Assembly: GCF_000011465.1 (NCBI RefSeq)
Contig: NC_005072.1
Coordinates: 570,001-602,000, forward strand
Direction: 5' to 3'
Length of the DNA stretch: 32,000 nucleotides
DNA from: Prochlorococcus marinus subsp. pastoris str. CCMP1986
GTDB taxonomy: Bacteria > Cyanobacteriota > Cyanobacteriia > PCC-6307 > Cyanobiaceae
The notes beneath the pieces were generated by a model, which did not search any database, was not told the origin of the DNA, and saw only the letters and a list, made by a program, of their open reading frames with translations. Made by a program: the position numbers and the translations under genes. Shown here in pieces: positions 1 to 11,400 of the stretch (positions within the stretch are counted from its first letter, which is position 1; every line of letters starts with the position of its first letter).

Positions 1-1076
1 ATTTCTTCGAGGAAATTGAATTACATAATAATTTAGAAAAACAAAATATTAATAGAAAAAAAGCTCTTGAATTAATATTAAATAGAGAGAAAAAAGAAGA
101 GATTTATTGTATTGGGCAGAAGAATTTTGACTCGAATGCAACATTATTTAAAAATTACTTTAAAGAAGATAAGTTTAAATTAAATTTTATGGAAAGACTT
201 CCAAAATATAATTCTTCTGAAATTGTTCCTGAAGTAATTTTAAATAGCGATGCTATTTTGTATTTTTTAAAATTACCTTTATCCGCTAATGATTTTTTGT
301 GGTTAGAAAAACTTCCTAAAAATATGCCCATTTGGTTAGTTGCATCATTTACAAAAGGATTAAGTTTTAATAATGAAATAGAAGAAGTTAAGGCTCAGAT
401 TTCAGGAGAATATGCAAACAGAATAATTAAATTTGACAAAACTAAAAATAGCTTTGCAAATATACCTTTTTCTTTGCGTAAGTTTTTTATAAGTTCAAAT
501 AATAATATTGAAAATACTAAAAAAAGACTTTTGAAGAGATTGCATACGAATTGGCAATCTGAGATTGAGGGAATAAGAAGAATGCAGTTGAATGATTTAC
601 AGAGGAGAAATCAAATTATCGTTGCTACTTCAGTTTTCTTTTCTCCGATTCCATCAATAGATGTCTTATCAATGACTGTTTTAAATTCCTTAATGATTAA
701 AGAAATTAAGTCTATATGGGGATGTAATTGGTCTCCAGAAATATTGGATAAAGTATCAAAACAAATAATCAAGACTGCAATTGCACAGGGAGTAATTGAA
801 TGGAGTGGTCAGACTTTAATAGGTTTAACAAAATTGCATGGCCCAAATTGGTTAGTAACTGGGGCATTCCAAGCAATAAGCGCAGCATATTTAACAAGAG
901 TAGTATCAAGTTCATTGGCCGATTTCATGGCTTTAACAAAAGGAGTCTCAGAACCTGATTTGGAATTTATAAAAGAAAACTCCGATAAGATCGTTGAAAG
1001 AGCCTTTGAAAATGAAAAAATAAATTGGAAATCTTTGATACCAGAGTTAAATATTCCATTGACTCGACTCACCTAA
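1..1076 (+). CDS. C-terminal part of a larger protein with a DUF697/YcjF-like membrane domain (probably GTPase-associated); truncated at the 5' window edge
   Basis: The frame of the 189..1076 ORF stays open back to base 3 (FFEEIELHNNLEKQNINRKK...), so the ATG at 189 is probably internal. The C-terminal half has hydrophobic segments (ATSVFFSPIPSIDVLSMTVL, WLVTGAFQAISAAYLTRV). Family assignment is from memory. Confidence 0.5.
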   Translation, partial: FFEEIELHNNLEKQNINRKKALELILNREKKEEIYCIGQKNFDSNATLFKNYFKEDKFKLNFMERLPKYNSSEIVPEVILNSDAILYFLKLPLSANDFLWLEKLPKNMPIWLVASFTKGLSFNNEIEEVKAQISGEYANRIIKFDKTKNSFANIPFSLRKFFISSNNNIENTKKRLLKRLHTNWQSEIEGIRRMQLNDLQRRNQIIVATSVFFSPIPSIDVLSMTVLNSLMIKEIKSIWGCNWSPEILDKVSKQIIKTAIAQGVIEWSGQTLIGLTKLHGPNWLVTGAFQAISAAYLTRVVSSSLADFMALTKGVSEPDLEFIKENSDKIVERAFENEKINWKSLIPELNIPLTRLT

Positions 1077-1111
1077 TAATTCCAAATTTTAGACTTACTG
1101 TAAAGAAAATT

Positions 1112-2014
1112 ATGAAAAAAAAGTTATTGCACTTTGTATTTTCTTTTCTAATATGTGTTAGTGCAAATTCATGCAAAAGGACTTCTTTTGAAAAAGAAAC
1201 TAACAAAGAAGTAATTTTGGCTAGTTTTACAGTCCTGGCAGATATTATTGAAAATGTTGCTAAAGATGAGTTTTCTGTTAAATCAATTACTAAACCAGGA
1301 GTTGAAGTTCATGGTTATCAGCCAACTCCAAGTGATCTTATAAAAGCTTCCAAAGCCGATGTTTTTATTGATAATGGATTTGGATTTGAATTATGGGCTG
1401 AGAAATTTGTTTCAAACTTACAAATTAAGAGAGTAACTATTTCAAATAGATTAGAACCAATTTTTATAAGTGAAGATTTCTATAAAGGTAAACCTAATCC
1501 TCATGCGTGGATTTCTCCTAAAAGGGGAATGATTTATGTAAATGTTATCGTTGATTCTTTATCAGAATTAAAACCATCGAAAGCAGAATCATTTAAAAAT
1601 AACGGACAAATTTACAAGAATAAAATCGCTAAAATAGATAAAGATTTTTCACTTTTTATTAATAATCTTAAGAAAAATAATAGGTATCTAGTAACTTGTG
1701 AAGGGGCATTCTCTTATCTCACAAATGATTACGGATTAAAAGAAGCTTACTTATGGCCAGTTAATGCTGAAAGTCAAATTACACCGAAAAGAATGGCAAG
1801 TACAATTTCTTTGGTAAAAAATAAAAATATCCCATCGGTCTTTTGTGAAAGCACTGTAAGTAATGAATCACAAATGGTTGTTGCCAGTGAAACAGGAGCA
1901 AAGTTTGGGGGAGATCTTTTTGTTGATTCGCTTTCTCAAGATAATAAGAGTGCTAATACTTATTTAAAAATGCTTCAACATAATTTGACTCTTATTAAAA
2001 AAGGCCTCAATTAA
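1112..2014 (+). CDS. mntC: ABC transporter periplasmic metal-binding protein, Mn-type (TroA/PsaA/MntC cluster)
   Basis: Motifs EVHGYQPTP, NPHAWISP, CEGAFSYL and LFVDSLS give a His/His/Glu/Asp ligand set. There is no His-rich ZnuA loop. I moved the start from 1025 to the ATG at 1112 (MKKKLLHFVFSFLICVSANSC signal peptide ending in Cys), which removes the overlap with the upstream CDS. Confidence 0.85.
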   Translation: MKKKLLHFVFSFLICVSANSCKRTSFEKETNKEVILASFTVLADIIENVAKDEFSVKSITKPGVEVHGYQPTPSDLIKASKADVFIDNGFGFELWAEKFVSNLQIKRVTISNRLEPIFISEDFYKGKPNPHAWISPKRGMIYVNVIVDSLSELKPSKAESFKNNGQIYKNKIAKIDKDFSLFINNLKKNNRYLVTCEGAFSYLTNDYGLKEAYLWPVNAESQITPKRMASTISLVKNKNIPSVFCESTVSNESQMVVASETGAKFGGDLFVDSLSQDNKSANTYLKMLQHNLTLIKKGLN

Positions 2015-2018
2015 AAAT

Positions 2019-2783
2019 ATGGATGAACTTAATTATAAAAATTATAGAATTGAGGCAGAAAATATCTGTGTTGATTATCACGGAAAAGTTGCCTTATATG
2101 ATGCGAATTTAAAATTAAAGGCCGGACAAATTTGTGGATTAGTAGGAATGAATGGTGCGGGGAAAACAACTTTTTTTAATGCCTTAACTGGTTTTGTAAA
2201 TATCTCAAAAGGTAAAATAAGAATAAATGGTGAGTCTTTAAGAATTGCTCAACAAGATCAGTCAATTGCATATGTTCCTCAAAGTGAAGGAATTGATAGT
2301 CAATTTCCAGTAAGTGTGTGGGATGTTGTAATGATGGGTCGATATGGGTCAATGAATATTCTGAGATCGCCAAGAGAATCAGATATTCAAGCTGTTAAGG
2401 ATGCTATAGAAAGAGTTGATCTTATGGAACTTTCATCTACCCCAATTGGCAATTTATCTGGGGGGCAAAGGAAAAGAACTTTTTTAGCAAGAGCTATTGC
2501 ACAACGGGCATCAATACTATTACTTGATGAACCCTTCGCGGGAGTTGATATTAGAACTGAGAAACTTATCTCAGAATTATTTATGCAATTTAAAAATGAG
2601 GGAAAAACAATTTTGCTATCTACTCATGATATGATTCATGTTCGTGAATTTTGTGATTTAGTTCTTTTAATAAATAAGACAGTTGTTGCATATGGAGAGA
2701 CTTCGGAAGTATTTACCCCAGAAAATATTACAAGTACTTTTGGAGGGATGTCGCCAGATGTCTTGTTTGGACCTGAATCTTAA
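2019..2783 (+). CDS. mntA: Metal ABC transporter ATP-binding subunit
   Basis: Walker A GMNGAGKTT, ABC signature LSGGQRKR and Walker B ILLLDEPFAGVD. It starts 4 nt after the binding-protein gene. Confidence 0.9.
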   Translation: MDELNYKNYRIEAENICVDYHGKVALYDANLKLKAGQICGLVGMNGAGKTTFFNALTGFVNISKGKIRINGESLRIAQQDQSIAYVPQSEGIDSQFPVSVWDVVMMGRYGSMNILRSPRESDIQAVKDAIERVDLMELSSTPIGNLSGGQRKRTFLARAIAQRASILLLDEPFAGVDIRTEKLISELFMQFKNEGKTILLSTHDMIHVREFCDLVLLINKTVVAYGETSEVFTPENITSTFGGMSPDVLFGPES

Positions 2784-2794
2784 AATCTAGTTTT

Positions 2795-3667
2795 ATGGAT
2801 CTATGCTTTTTATCTACAAACATAACTTCTTTTGTAGCAGATCCTTTATCTCATGAATTTATGAGAAAAGCTCTATTGATGAGCTCATTAGTAGCAGCTG
2901 TTTGTGGATTTTTATCTAGTTATTTAACACTTAAAGGTTGGGCTTTAATGGGAGATGCGGTATCTCACTCTGTAATGCCTGGTGTTGTTGTGGCTTATGC
3001 TTTGGGACTTCCTTTCTCGCTTGGGGCTTTCATTTTTGGAGTGGGTTCGGTAGCTTTAATAGGCTTTGTTAAACAAAAATCCAGAGTTAAAGAAGATACC
3101 GTAATTGGCTTGGTTTTCACAGGTTTTTTTGCTCTTGGAATAGTTTTAGTTTCAAAGATTAAAAGTAATATTGATCTTCACTCAATTCTTTTTGGTAGCC
3201 CTCTAGGGATTTCTCTCTCAGATGTAAAACAGACGGTATTTATTTCTCTATTAGTGGTAATACTATTGTCAGTTTTTAGGAAAGACTTAATACTTTATTG
3301 TTTTGATCCAAGACACGCAAAAACAGTAGGAATTAATGTCTTATTTCTTCATTATTTATTACTTACATGTTTGTCTTTAGCGGCTGTAGTTGGATTACAA
3401 TCTGTTGGAATAGTTCTGGTTGTTGCAATGCTGATTACTCCTGGGGCAACGGCATATTTATTAACAGATAAGTTTGATAATATGACCATCATTTCAGTAA
3501 TTAGTGCCATCATTTCAAGTGTATTTGGTATTTATTTTAGCTTTTGGTTTGATCTTGAAACTGGCGGCTCAATTGTATTAGTTCAAACGTTTATATTTTT
3601 ATTTGCTTTTTTATTTGCTCCAAGATACGGGATATTTAAATTTAAAAAATTATTTTCTAGTTATTAG
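2795..3667 (+). CDS. mntB: Metal ABC transporter permease (ABC-3 family)
   Basis: 290 aa and hydrophobic throughout, with multiple predicted TM helices. It has ABC-3-like segments (GDAVSHSVMPGVV, MLITPGATAYLL) and is third in the SBP-ATPase-permease operon. Confidence 0.85.
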   Translation: MDLCFLSTNITSFVADPLSHEFMRKALLMSSLVAAVCGFLSSYLTLKGWALMGDAVSHSVMPGVVVAYALGLPFSLGAFIFGVGSVALIGFVKQKSRVKEDTVIGLVFTGFFALGIVLVSKIKSNIDLHSILFGSPLGISLSDVKQTVFISLLVVILLSVFRKDLILYCFDPRHAKTVGINVLFLHYLLLTCLSLAAVVGLQSVGIVLVVAMLITPGATAYLLTDKFDNMTIISVISAIISSVFGIYFSFWFDLETGGSIVLVQTFIFLFAFLFAPRYGIFKFKKLFSSY

Positions 3668-3673
3668 TGAAAA

Positions 3674-4840
3674 ATGGGAAATTACCTAAATAATAAAAGT
3701 TGGAATTGGTGGCCTTTATTTCCCCTATATCCATATGGAAAAAAGAAAACTATTCTTAGAGAAATAATTCCTAACGAAATATGGTCCTTGGAACAGATTC
3801 AGGGTTTATATTATGTTGCAGTGCCAATCAGAATGACAATAATTAAGGTTAATAATGGACTAATGCTAATTAACCCTTTACCCCCTACGAAGGAACTTGT
3901 AAAAGCATTAGAAGAATTAATTTCCATTTATGGAAAAGTAAAAACAATTGTGCTCCCTAGTGCTTCTGGATTAGAACATAAAATTGGATTACCAGCATTA
4001 GTTAGAGTTTTCAAAGATGCTGAGATTTGGTTATGTCCTGGTCAATGGAGTTTTCCTATTAATCTTCCTTTAGATTTTCTTGGAATCCCGTCGAACCGGA
4101 CAAAGATACTTTTTAAAGATGGAACTCCTTATGAAGAATGTTTTAAATGGTCTTCATTAGGGCCTTTGAATTTAGGACTTGGAACATACCAGGAGGTTAG
4201 TTGTTTTCATCTCTCAACAAGGACATTACATGTTACAGACGCTATAGTTGGCATCGAATCAACGCCTCCAGAAATATTTGACTTCGATCCTACCCCTTTA
4301 TTATTTCATTCGAGAGATCGAGGCGATGAACCTATTCTTGATAACGTTGAATCTAGAAAAAAAGGTTGGGCAAGAATTGTATTGTTTTCATCTTTTTTAA
4401 AACCAGGAAAATTAAATATTCCCTCTCTGAAAGAAATTATCAAATACTCTTTTAAAGAAGGTCTTCGAAATAAGAAATCACATTTTGGAATTTACCCTTT
4501 TTTATGGGATGAAGATTGGGAATCATCTTTAGTTGAAATAATGGGTGAAAATATTCCAAAAATTCAGATTGCTCCTGTTTTGCAAAATTTAATATTTCCT
4601 AGATCAAAAAAAGTACTTCTTGGATGGCTAGAAAAAATTAAAACTTATGAAAACATGGAATATTTGATATCAGCTCATTATTCTGCCCCTATTAATTTCA
4701 AAGAAGAAAATTGTCAGAATTTGATAGATGAAATTAATTCAGATAAATGGAATAAATTACCAGATGATAATAAATTCCTTATTAATTTATATAAAAAATT
4801 ATTTGAATTGGGGATAATCCCAAAAAAAGTAAATGTTTAG
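3674..4840 (+). CDS. Conserved hypothetical protein, DUF4336-like (cyanobacteria/plastid lineage)
   Basis: 388-aa ORF with a Trp/Pro/His-rich non-repetitive composition. It starts 6 nt after the permease stop. Family call is from memory of DUF4336 proteins. Confidence 0.6.
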   Translation: MGNYLNNKSWNWWPLFPLYPYGKKKTILREIIPNEIWSLEQIQGLYYVAVPIRMTIIKVNNGLMLINPLPPTKELVKALEELISIYGKVKTIVLPSASGLEHKIGLPALVRVFKDAEIWLCPGQWSFPINLPLDFLGIPSNRTKILFKDGTPYEECFKWSSLGPLNLGLGTYQEVSCFHLSTRTLHVTDAIVGIESTPPEIFDFDPTPLLFHSRDRGDEPILDNVESRKKGWARIVLFSSFLKPGKLNIPSLKEIIKYSFKEGLRNKKSHFGIYPFLWDEDWESSLVEIMGENIPKIQIAPVLQNLIFPRSKKVLLGWLEKIKTYENMEYLISAHYSAPINFKEENCQNLIDEINSDKWNKLPDDNKFLINLYKKLFELGIIPKKVNV

Positions 4841-4844
4841 AGAT

Positions 4845-5183
4845 TTATTCTTCCTCAATGGACATGTCTTCATCACTTTTTAGTGTTTGTTCAAGCTCTT
4901 TCCTTTGCTCCATTTGTCTCAAGAAATATCCTGTCATCATTGCAGAAGAAAGTAAATTAGCGATATTATCTTTTGAAGATGTTATTTTTACATCAAATTG
5001 ATCAGATGGCAACATCCCTAGAAGACCTTGAACATTGTGCCTTATTATTTCTTGAATATCTTCACTAGCCGATTTGGCTACTCTCTGCATAACTTCTGGA
5101 GACTGTTTTTGTAGATATTGAATCAAATCATTCTCATCATTTGGATCATTATTTTCAGTAGCTAGAAATTCAGGATTGAACAT
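4845..5183 (-). CDS. DUF760 family protein
   Basis: 112 aa with LLGMLPSDQFDVKITSSKDNIANLLSSAMMTGYFLRQMEQR, which matches the conserved MMTGYFLR core of DUF760 as I recall it. Confidence 0.7.
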   Translation of the reverse strand: MFNPEFLATENNDPNDENDLIQYLQKQSPEVMQRVAKSASEDIQEIIRHNVQGLLGMLPSDQFDVKITSSKDNIANLLSSAMMTGYFLRQMEQRKELEQTLKSDEDMSIEEE

Positions 5184-5228
5184 TTAGGCATCTTCAACTT
5201 ATAAAAACCCTACAACACCATGAACCCT

Positions 5229-5813
5229 TTAACCTAAATTATTAAGACTAGGGAACCGAATAGGACCAATGTTATTTAATGGCCAATATCTAAAAATAGC
5301 CTTTCCTATTACTTTTTCATAAGGGAGGAATCCCCATATATGTGAATCCATACTGTTATTTCTGTTATCTCCCATTACCCATAGTGATTTCTCAGGAACA
5401 TAATATGGACCTGTTGAATAGTTGATGTTCTTATCAGAAATATAATTATTTTGAGCAATATCATTTAAATATAAATTACCTTCTTTTACTTCTACTTTAT
5501 CTCCAGGGACCCCTATTACCCTTTTGATTAACGCAATATCTGATTCATACCCAGCGTCAATTAATTGTTCTGGAACATTAAAAACAATGATTTTATTTTT
5601 TAATTTAGATAAGTTTGATTTAGAAGTGATTTTTGGAGTTAACTTTTCAACTAATATTTTGTCTTGGATTTGAAGGGTCGGGAGCATAGATCCTGAGGGA
5701 ATCCACCTTGGTTCGATTACTTGCCAACGTATAATCAAAGCAATTATTATCCAAATAAAAAGATTTTTAAAATCCTTTAGTATTGAACTTTTTTTTTCAG
5801 CTGGATTTTGCAT
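5229..5813 (-). CDS. lepB: Signal peptidase I
   Basis: N-terminal TM anchor, catalytic Ser box SGSMLPTL, Lys box KRVIGVPGD and GDNRNNSMDS box. Confidence 0.92.
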   Translation of the reverse strand: MQNPAEKKSSILKDFKNLFIWIIIALIIRWQVIEPRWIPSGSMLPTLQIQDKILVEKLTPKITSKSNLSKLKNKIIVFNVPEQLIDAGYESDIALIKRVIGVPGDKVEVKEGNLYLNDIAQNNYISDKNINYSTGPYYVPEKSLWVMGDNRNNSMDSHIWGFLPYEKVIGKAIFRYWPLNNIGPIRFPSLNNLG

Positions 5814-5864
5814 TGTTAAATTATTTATTTGTTAAGAGGAATTTCTAACGTATTTATATAAATT

Positions 5865-7631
5865 ATGACATCACATATAGAATGCCAAAATTTCTTTAGA
5901 AGTTTACAACTTTTAGATCTTTTTACAAAAATAGGGGTTAAAAATTTAATTTTATGTCCAGGCAGTAGATCAGGTCCTTTAGCAATAGCCGCAGGAGAGT
6001 TAAATAAACGTAGAGTTTTAAATGTATTTAATTCAATAGACGAGAGATCTGCTGGGTTTCATTCACTTGGAATTTCTACTGCATCTGGAGATGTTTCATT
6101 AGTTGTTACAACATCTGGAACGGCAGTTGGTAATTTATTACCTGCAGCCATTGAGGCAGATAAATCATGTAAATCAATTGTATTTATAACTGCTGATAGA
6201 CCTTTAAGGTTAAAAAATTGTGGTTCTAATCAAACAGTAAATCAAGAGGAATTTTTGAATTCAGTTTGCAGAAGTAATTTGAGTACTAATTTAAATGGAA
6301 TTCATGAAAATAATGATGATGATATTTTGAAAATTGTGGAAACTGTAAAAAAACAAATACTACAATCGCCTGGACCTATTCATTTAAATATTGCATTTGA
6401 AAAACCTTTGGATATATCTTTAAAAAATAAAAAAAAGAATTTTGAGGTTTTTGAAAGGTTTTATTTAAATAAAACCTATAAATTTTTAAAAAATGACAAT
6501 CAGAACAAAAATATTCAATTTTCTGAAAAATTTTTTAAAAGGATAAATTTGTCTAATCCTGGAATTATTATTGTTGGCCCATATCAGGGCTCTACTAAAG
6601 ATTTGTTTTCTTTTAATAGTGCTTTAAAAAAATTGCAAGAAATTACAGGATGGCCAGTTTTTGTTGATCCTGTTTCAGGCGTTTCAGCTGAATTGAAAGG
6701 TTTAGTTGAAAATTGGGAATTAATTCTTAAAAAGAATAAAAATATTATTCAATGTGATCAGATCTTAAGGTTTGGTCCCCTTTCCTCTTCTAATTATTTG
6801 GAGGATTTTTTATTAAATTTTGAAGGGTTACAAATTCTTGTAAAAGAAAATAATATAAGAAAACTAGATCCTATAAAAAAATCTTTAGAATATGATTTTG
6901 GAATAAGTAATTTTGTTAACCAACTTTTAGGAGCATTTTTAAATCATAAAAAGAAGAGTAAACCTTTGATCAATTTGGGACAAGTTTTGATCAAAGAAGG
7001 AGCAAAAATAAAGGAAATTTTAAAAGAACAACTATTTTCAAATACTGAAATAACAGAATATAAACTTGCAAATTTTGTACCAAAAATTTGGCCAGAAAAT
7101 TATCCTATTATGCTCTCAGCTAGCAGTCCTATTAGAGATTGGCTCACATTCTCTGAAAATGCGACTTTAACAAGGGAATGTTTTAGCTTCAGAGGGGCTT
7201 CAGGTATAGATGGAACTTTATCACTTGCTTTAGGTATTGCAAGAATAACTAAACCTTTACTTCTGGTAACTGGCGATTTAGCATTAATTCATGATATCAA
7301 TGGTTTTCTCATTGAAAATGCAATTGAATTAAATTTAACTATCTTATTAATCAACAATAATGGTGGAAATATATTTAATAATTTATATAAAAATAATTTA
7401 GATGAAGAGGAATTAAAGAAACTTTTCATAATGCCTAAATCTATAAATTGGGAAAACCTAGCAAAAGGTTATCAAGTACCAATTAAAAATGTTTCAGATT
7501 TGAATAAATTAAGAGAAGCTTTTGAATGGAGCCTTTCTATGCAAAAATCAGTAATAATTAAAGTCGATATTAATGTTGAAAACGAAATGAAAGGAAGAAA
7601 TTTAATCTTAAAAAAAATTCTCACAAGTTAA
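5865..7631 (+). CDS. menD: 2-succinyl-5-enolpyruvyl-6-hydroxy-3-cyclohexene-1-carboxylate (SEPHCHC) synthase
   Basis: 588-aa ThDP enzyme: N-terminal [28 protein letters not shown] and C-terminal GASGIDG...GDLALIHD...NNNGGNIF. menB is adjacent. Confidence 0.9.
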
Positions 7632-7661
7632 TCAATTTACTTTTTCAAACTTTTTAAATCT

Positions 7662-8519
7662 ATGAAAATTTTACCTGGAGAAACTAACTCAAATTGGACA
7701 GAATGGAAATCTTATGAAGATATCTTGTTTCATAATAGTGGAGATGGGATAGCAAGAATCGCAATTAATCGACCTGAGAAAAGAAACGCATTTCGTCCAA
7801 AAACGGTTTGTGAGATGTTAGATGCTTTCAATCTTGTTCGAAACGATGAGAAGATCGGAGTTGTACTTCTAACAGGTGCAGGCCCAGATAAAAAAGGGGT
7901 GTTTTCGTTTTGTTCAGGAGGGGATCAAAGTATTAGAGGTCAAAATGGATACGAAGATGATGAGGGTACTCAACGACTAAATGTATTGGAATTGCAAAGG
8001 TTAATAAGAACTTTACCTAAAGTGGTTATAGCTTTAGTCCCCGGTTTCGCAATAGGGGGAGGGCAAGTTTTACAGCTTGTTTGTGATCTAAGTATTGCGT
8101 CTGAAAATGCAATATTTGGACAAACAGGTCCTAGAGTTGGGAGCTTTGATGCAGGATTTGGATCAAGCTATTTAGCAAGATTGGTGGGACAAAGAAAGGC
8201 AAGGGAAATTTGGTTTTTGTGTAGAAAATATAATTCTAAAGAAGCCTTAGAAATGGGTTTGGTAAATGCGATTACAAAGATTGAAGAATTAGAAGCTGAG
8301 GGTGTAATCTGGGCAAGAGAGATTCTACGAAATAGTCCAACTGCTATTCGAATACTTAAGGCGTCATTTAATGCTGAGTGTGATGGAATAGCAGGTATTC
8401 AAGAATTATCTGGGTACACAACTCAGCTATTTTATTCGACGGATGAAGCAAAAGAGGGCAGAGATGCCTTCCTTGAGAAACGGCCACCTGATTTTTCTGA
8501 TTACGGATGGACTCCTTAA
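7662..8519 (+). CDS. menB: 1,4-dihydroxy-2-naphthoyl-CoA synthase
   Basis: Crotonase fold with [27 protein letters not shown] and C-terminal [10 protein letters not shown]. Confidence 0.93.
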   Translation: MKILPGETNSNWTEWKSYEDILFHNSGDGIARIAINRPEKRNAFRPKTVCEMLDAFNLVRNDEKIGVVLLTGAGPDKKGVFSFCSGGDQSIRGQNGYEDDEGTQRLNVLELQRLIRTLPKVVIALVPGFAIGGGQVLQLVCDLSIASENAIFGQTGPRVGSFDAGFGSSYLARLVGQRKAREIWFLCRKYNSKEALEMGLVNAITKIEELEAEGVIWAREILRNSPTAIRILKASFNAECDGIAGIQELSGYTTQLFYSTDEAKEGRDAFLEKRPPDFSDYGWTP

Positions 8520-8564
8520 TAGCTTCTTACTCTTTAAAAAGCACTTTTTATAATAAATAATCTT

Positions 8565-10016
8565 ATGAGAATTCTTCTTGCTGCTGCTGAATGCGCTCCA
8601 ATGATCAAAGTTGGAGGGATGGGAGATGTAGTTGGTTCATTACCACCCTCATTGATAAAACTTGGTCATGATGTAAGAGTTATAATTCCTGGCTATAGCA
8701 AATTATGGAATCTACTAGAAGTATCAAGCGAACCAGTATTTAGAGCAAATACTATGGGAAATGATTTCTCTGTGTATGAAGCAAAACATCCAATACATAA
8801 TTACGTAATCTACCTAGTTGGACATCCAACTTTTGATTCGGGCCACATATATGGAGGAGAAGATGAAGACTGGCGATTTACATTTTTTGCAAGTGCTACT
8901 GCTGAATTTTCCTGGAATTGTTGGAAGCCCCAAGTTCTACATTGCCATGATTGGCACACGGGTATGATTCCAGTATGGATGCATCAAGATCCCGAAGTAA
9001 GTACAGTTTTTACTATACATAATTTAAAATATCAAGGACCATGGAGATGGAAGCTTGAAAAAATGACCTGGTGTCCATGGTATATGCATGGAGATCATAC
9101 GATGGCTGCTGCAATGTTATATGCAGATAGAGTTAATGCAGTTTCTCCAACATATGCTGATGAGATAAAAACTCATGAGTATGGAGAAAGTCTTGAGGGA
9201 TTATTGAATTATATTTCTGGTAAATTAAGAGGTATCCTCAATGGGATTGATCTAAATGAATGGGATCCTGATAAAGATAAAGTGTTACCTGCACAATTCA
9301 ATATTAAAAATTTAGAAAGTAGATTAGAAAATAAGATTATTCTTCAGAAAGAAATGGGACTTGAGGTCAATAGTAAAAAATATCTTTTAGGTATGGTAAG
9401 TAGGCTAGTGGACCAAAAAGGTGTTGATTTAGTTTTGCAAGTTTCCCGAAGATTACTCGCATATACAGATTCTCAAATTGCTATTTTAGGTACAGGTGAT
9501 AGATCTTTAGAATCTGGATTATGGCAATTAGCATTAGATTATCCTGGAAGATTTTCAGTGTTTCTTACTTATGATGATTCTTTATCAAGGCTTATATATG
9601 GAGGATCTGATGCATTCTTAATGCCAAGCCGATTTGAACCCTGCGGTATCAGTCAATTACTTGCTATGAGATATGGATCAATTCCAATAGTAAGAAGAGT
9701 TGGAGGCTTGGTTGATACTGTTTTGCCTCATGATCCAGAAAATAATAGTGGTACAGGTTTTTGTTTTGATCGATTTGAACCGATTGACTTTTATACTGCT
9801 CTAGTAAGATCTTGGGAGGCATTTAGGCATAAAGATAGTTGGAAATCATTACAGCTCAGAGCTATGAGTCAAGAATTTAGTTGGCAGAGATCGGCATTAG
9901 AATATGAATCGATGTATAAAGATGTATGTGGGATAAAGGCGCCATCCCCGGATATTGCTGAAATTGAAAAGTTTTCTTATGGGCAATCTGCTGATCCTTC
10001 TCTTAAAACAATGTGA
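8565..10016 (+). CDS. glgA: Glycogen synthase (ADP-glucose type)
   Basis: N-terminal [36 protein letters not shown] and [12 protein letters not shown] motifs. Confidence 0.93.
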   Translation: MRILLAAAECAPMIKVGGMGDVVGSLPPSLIKLGHDVRVIIPGYSKLWNLLEVSSEPVFRANTMGNDFSVYEAKHPIHNYVIYLVGHPTFDSGHIYGGEDEDWRFTFFASATAEFSWNCWKPQVLHCHDWHTGMIPVWMHQDPEVSTVFTIHNLKYQGPWRWKLEKMTWCPWYMHGDHTMAAAMLYADRVNAVSPTYADEIKTHEYGESLEGLLNYISGKLRGILNGIDLNEWDPDKDKVLPAQFNIKNLESRLENKIILQKEMGLEVNSKKYLLGMVSRLVDQKGVDLVLQVSRRLLAYTDSQIAILGTGDRSLESGLWQLALDYPGRFSVFLTYDDSLSRLIYGGSDAFLMPSRFEPCGISQLLAMRYGSIPIVRRVGGLVDTVLPHDPENNSGTGFCFDRFEPIDFYTALVRSWEAFRHKDSWKSLQLRAMSQEFSWQRSALEYESMYKDVCGIKAPSPDIAEIEKFSYGQSADPSLKTM

Positions 10017-10027
10017 TCTAAGTTTTA

Positions 10028-11398
10028 ATGGATTTTTCTGTACCTGAAGTTAATAAGATTTTAGGTAATATAAAAAATTGGGATAATCTTACAAATCAAT
10101 TTCAAAGTTTTAAAAATATAAGTCTAGATAGTCGTACAATATTAAACCGCGAACTTTTTATTGCTATAAAAGGTACAAATTTTGATGGACATAATTTTCT
10201 TAATGAGGTTATAAAAAAAGGAGTAAAAGCTGTTGTAATTAAAGAGGGGATGCAGAATTTATTACCTTATAAGTTCCCTTTTTGGACCGTTCCAGATACT
10301 TTAGAGGCTTTTCAGAAATTAGCATTATTTAAAAGAAGAAAATTAAATATACCTGTTGTAGGAATTACGGGATCAGTTGGTAAAACAACTACAAAAGAAA
10401 TGATGGGAGAGGTTTTAAAGCAATTAGGAAAAATCAAATTAAGTCAGTTAAATTTTAATAATGAAATTGGGGTAGGCCTCACCATACTTGATTCTGACTT
10501 TAAAGATAAAACTTTAATACTTGAGATGGGGATGAGAGGCCTTGGGCAGATTGAAAATTTGTCCAAATTTTCTGAACCTGATATCGCAGTTATTACAAAT
10601 ATTGGAAGCTCTCATATTGGAATACTAGGCTCAAAAGAAAATATCACTTATGCAAAATGCGAAATAACTAAACATTTAAATCCAAAGGGCGTTGTAATTA
10701 TTCCTGCAAACGATTTATTTTTAGAAGAAACTTTAAAAAGAAATTGGAATGGAAGAATTATTAAAGTAGATTTACTAGATAAAAATCAAAAAGCTCAGAG
10801 TTTAAATAAAACTAATTTGCAAGGATTTTATAATAGATCTAATAATTCTGTAATCATAGAAGATAAGATCTTTGAAATATCTTTTCAAGGTTTTCACAAT
10901 GCATTTAATTTCTTATTTGTATATGCGGTTGCAAAAGAGTTAGGAATAAAATTCAAGGATACTAACAAATTTAATTTTGTCAGTTTAAATGGAAGGAATA
11001 AAATCCTGAAATCAAAAAAGACCACCATTTATGATGAAACCTATAACGCTTCTCCAGAATCTGTAAAAGCATGCATTAATAATTTATTAGATAATCCAAA
11101 TAATCATTTTTTAATTTTTGGGAGTATGCAGGAATTAGGTAATAAAAGTCAAAAATATCATAAGGATCTTTTTGAACTCATCGATAGATCAGATATAAAA
11201 AAATGTATTTTTATCTGTGATAAAAATGATGAAATCTATTATGCAGATTATTTAAAAAAGAGTACTAAATTCTTATTCCTTAATGAGATAAATAAAGTTG
11301 GTGAAACTATAAATAAATATACAAAAATGGGAGATTTCATCCTTATTAAAGGTAGCCGTTGTTGGCACCTTGAAAAAGTTATTAAATCAATTGATTGA
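10028..11398 (+). CDS. murF: UDP-N-acetylmuramoyl-tripeptide--D-alanyl-D-alanine ligase
   Basis: Mur ligase P-loop GITGSVGKTTTKEM, a central EMGMRG segment and C-terminal DETYNASPES. Confidence 0.88.
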   Translation: MDFSVPEVNKILGNIKNWDNLTNQFQSFKNISLDSRTILNRELFIAIKGTNFDGHNFLNEVIKKGVKAVVIKEGMQNLLPYKFPFWTVPDTLEAFQKLALFKRRKLNIPVVGITGSVGKTTTKEMMGEVLKQLGKIKLSQLNFNNEIGVGLTILDSDFKDKTLILEMGMRGLGQIENLSKFSEPDIAVITNIGSSHIGILGSKENITYAKCEITKHLNPKGVVIIPANDLFLEETLKRNWNGRIIKVDLLDKNQKAQSLNKTNLQGFYNRSNNSVIIEDKIFEISFQGFHNAFNFLFVYAVAKELGIKFKDTNKFNFVSLNGRNKILKSKKTTIYDETYNASPESVKACINNLLDNPNNHFLIFGSMQELGNKSQKYHKDLFELIDRSDIKKCIFICDKNDEIYYADYLKKSTKFLFLNEINKVGETINKYTKMGDFILIKGSRCWHLEKVIKSID

Positions 11399-11400
11399 TT

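Noticed and set aside
1025-1111. Upstream extension of the Mn-binding protein ORF (start at 1025), which overlaps the previous gene by 52 nt.
   Set aside because: The extension (MEIFDTRVKYSIDSTHLIIPNFRLTVKKI) precedes a textbook signal peptide that begins at the ATG at 1112. Starting at 1112 removes the overlap.
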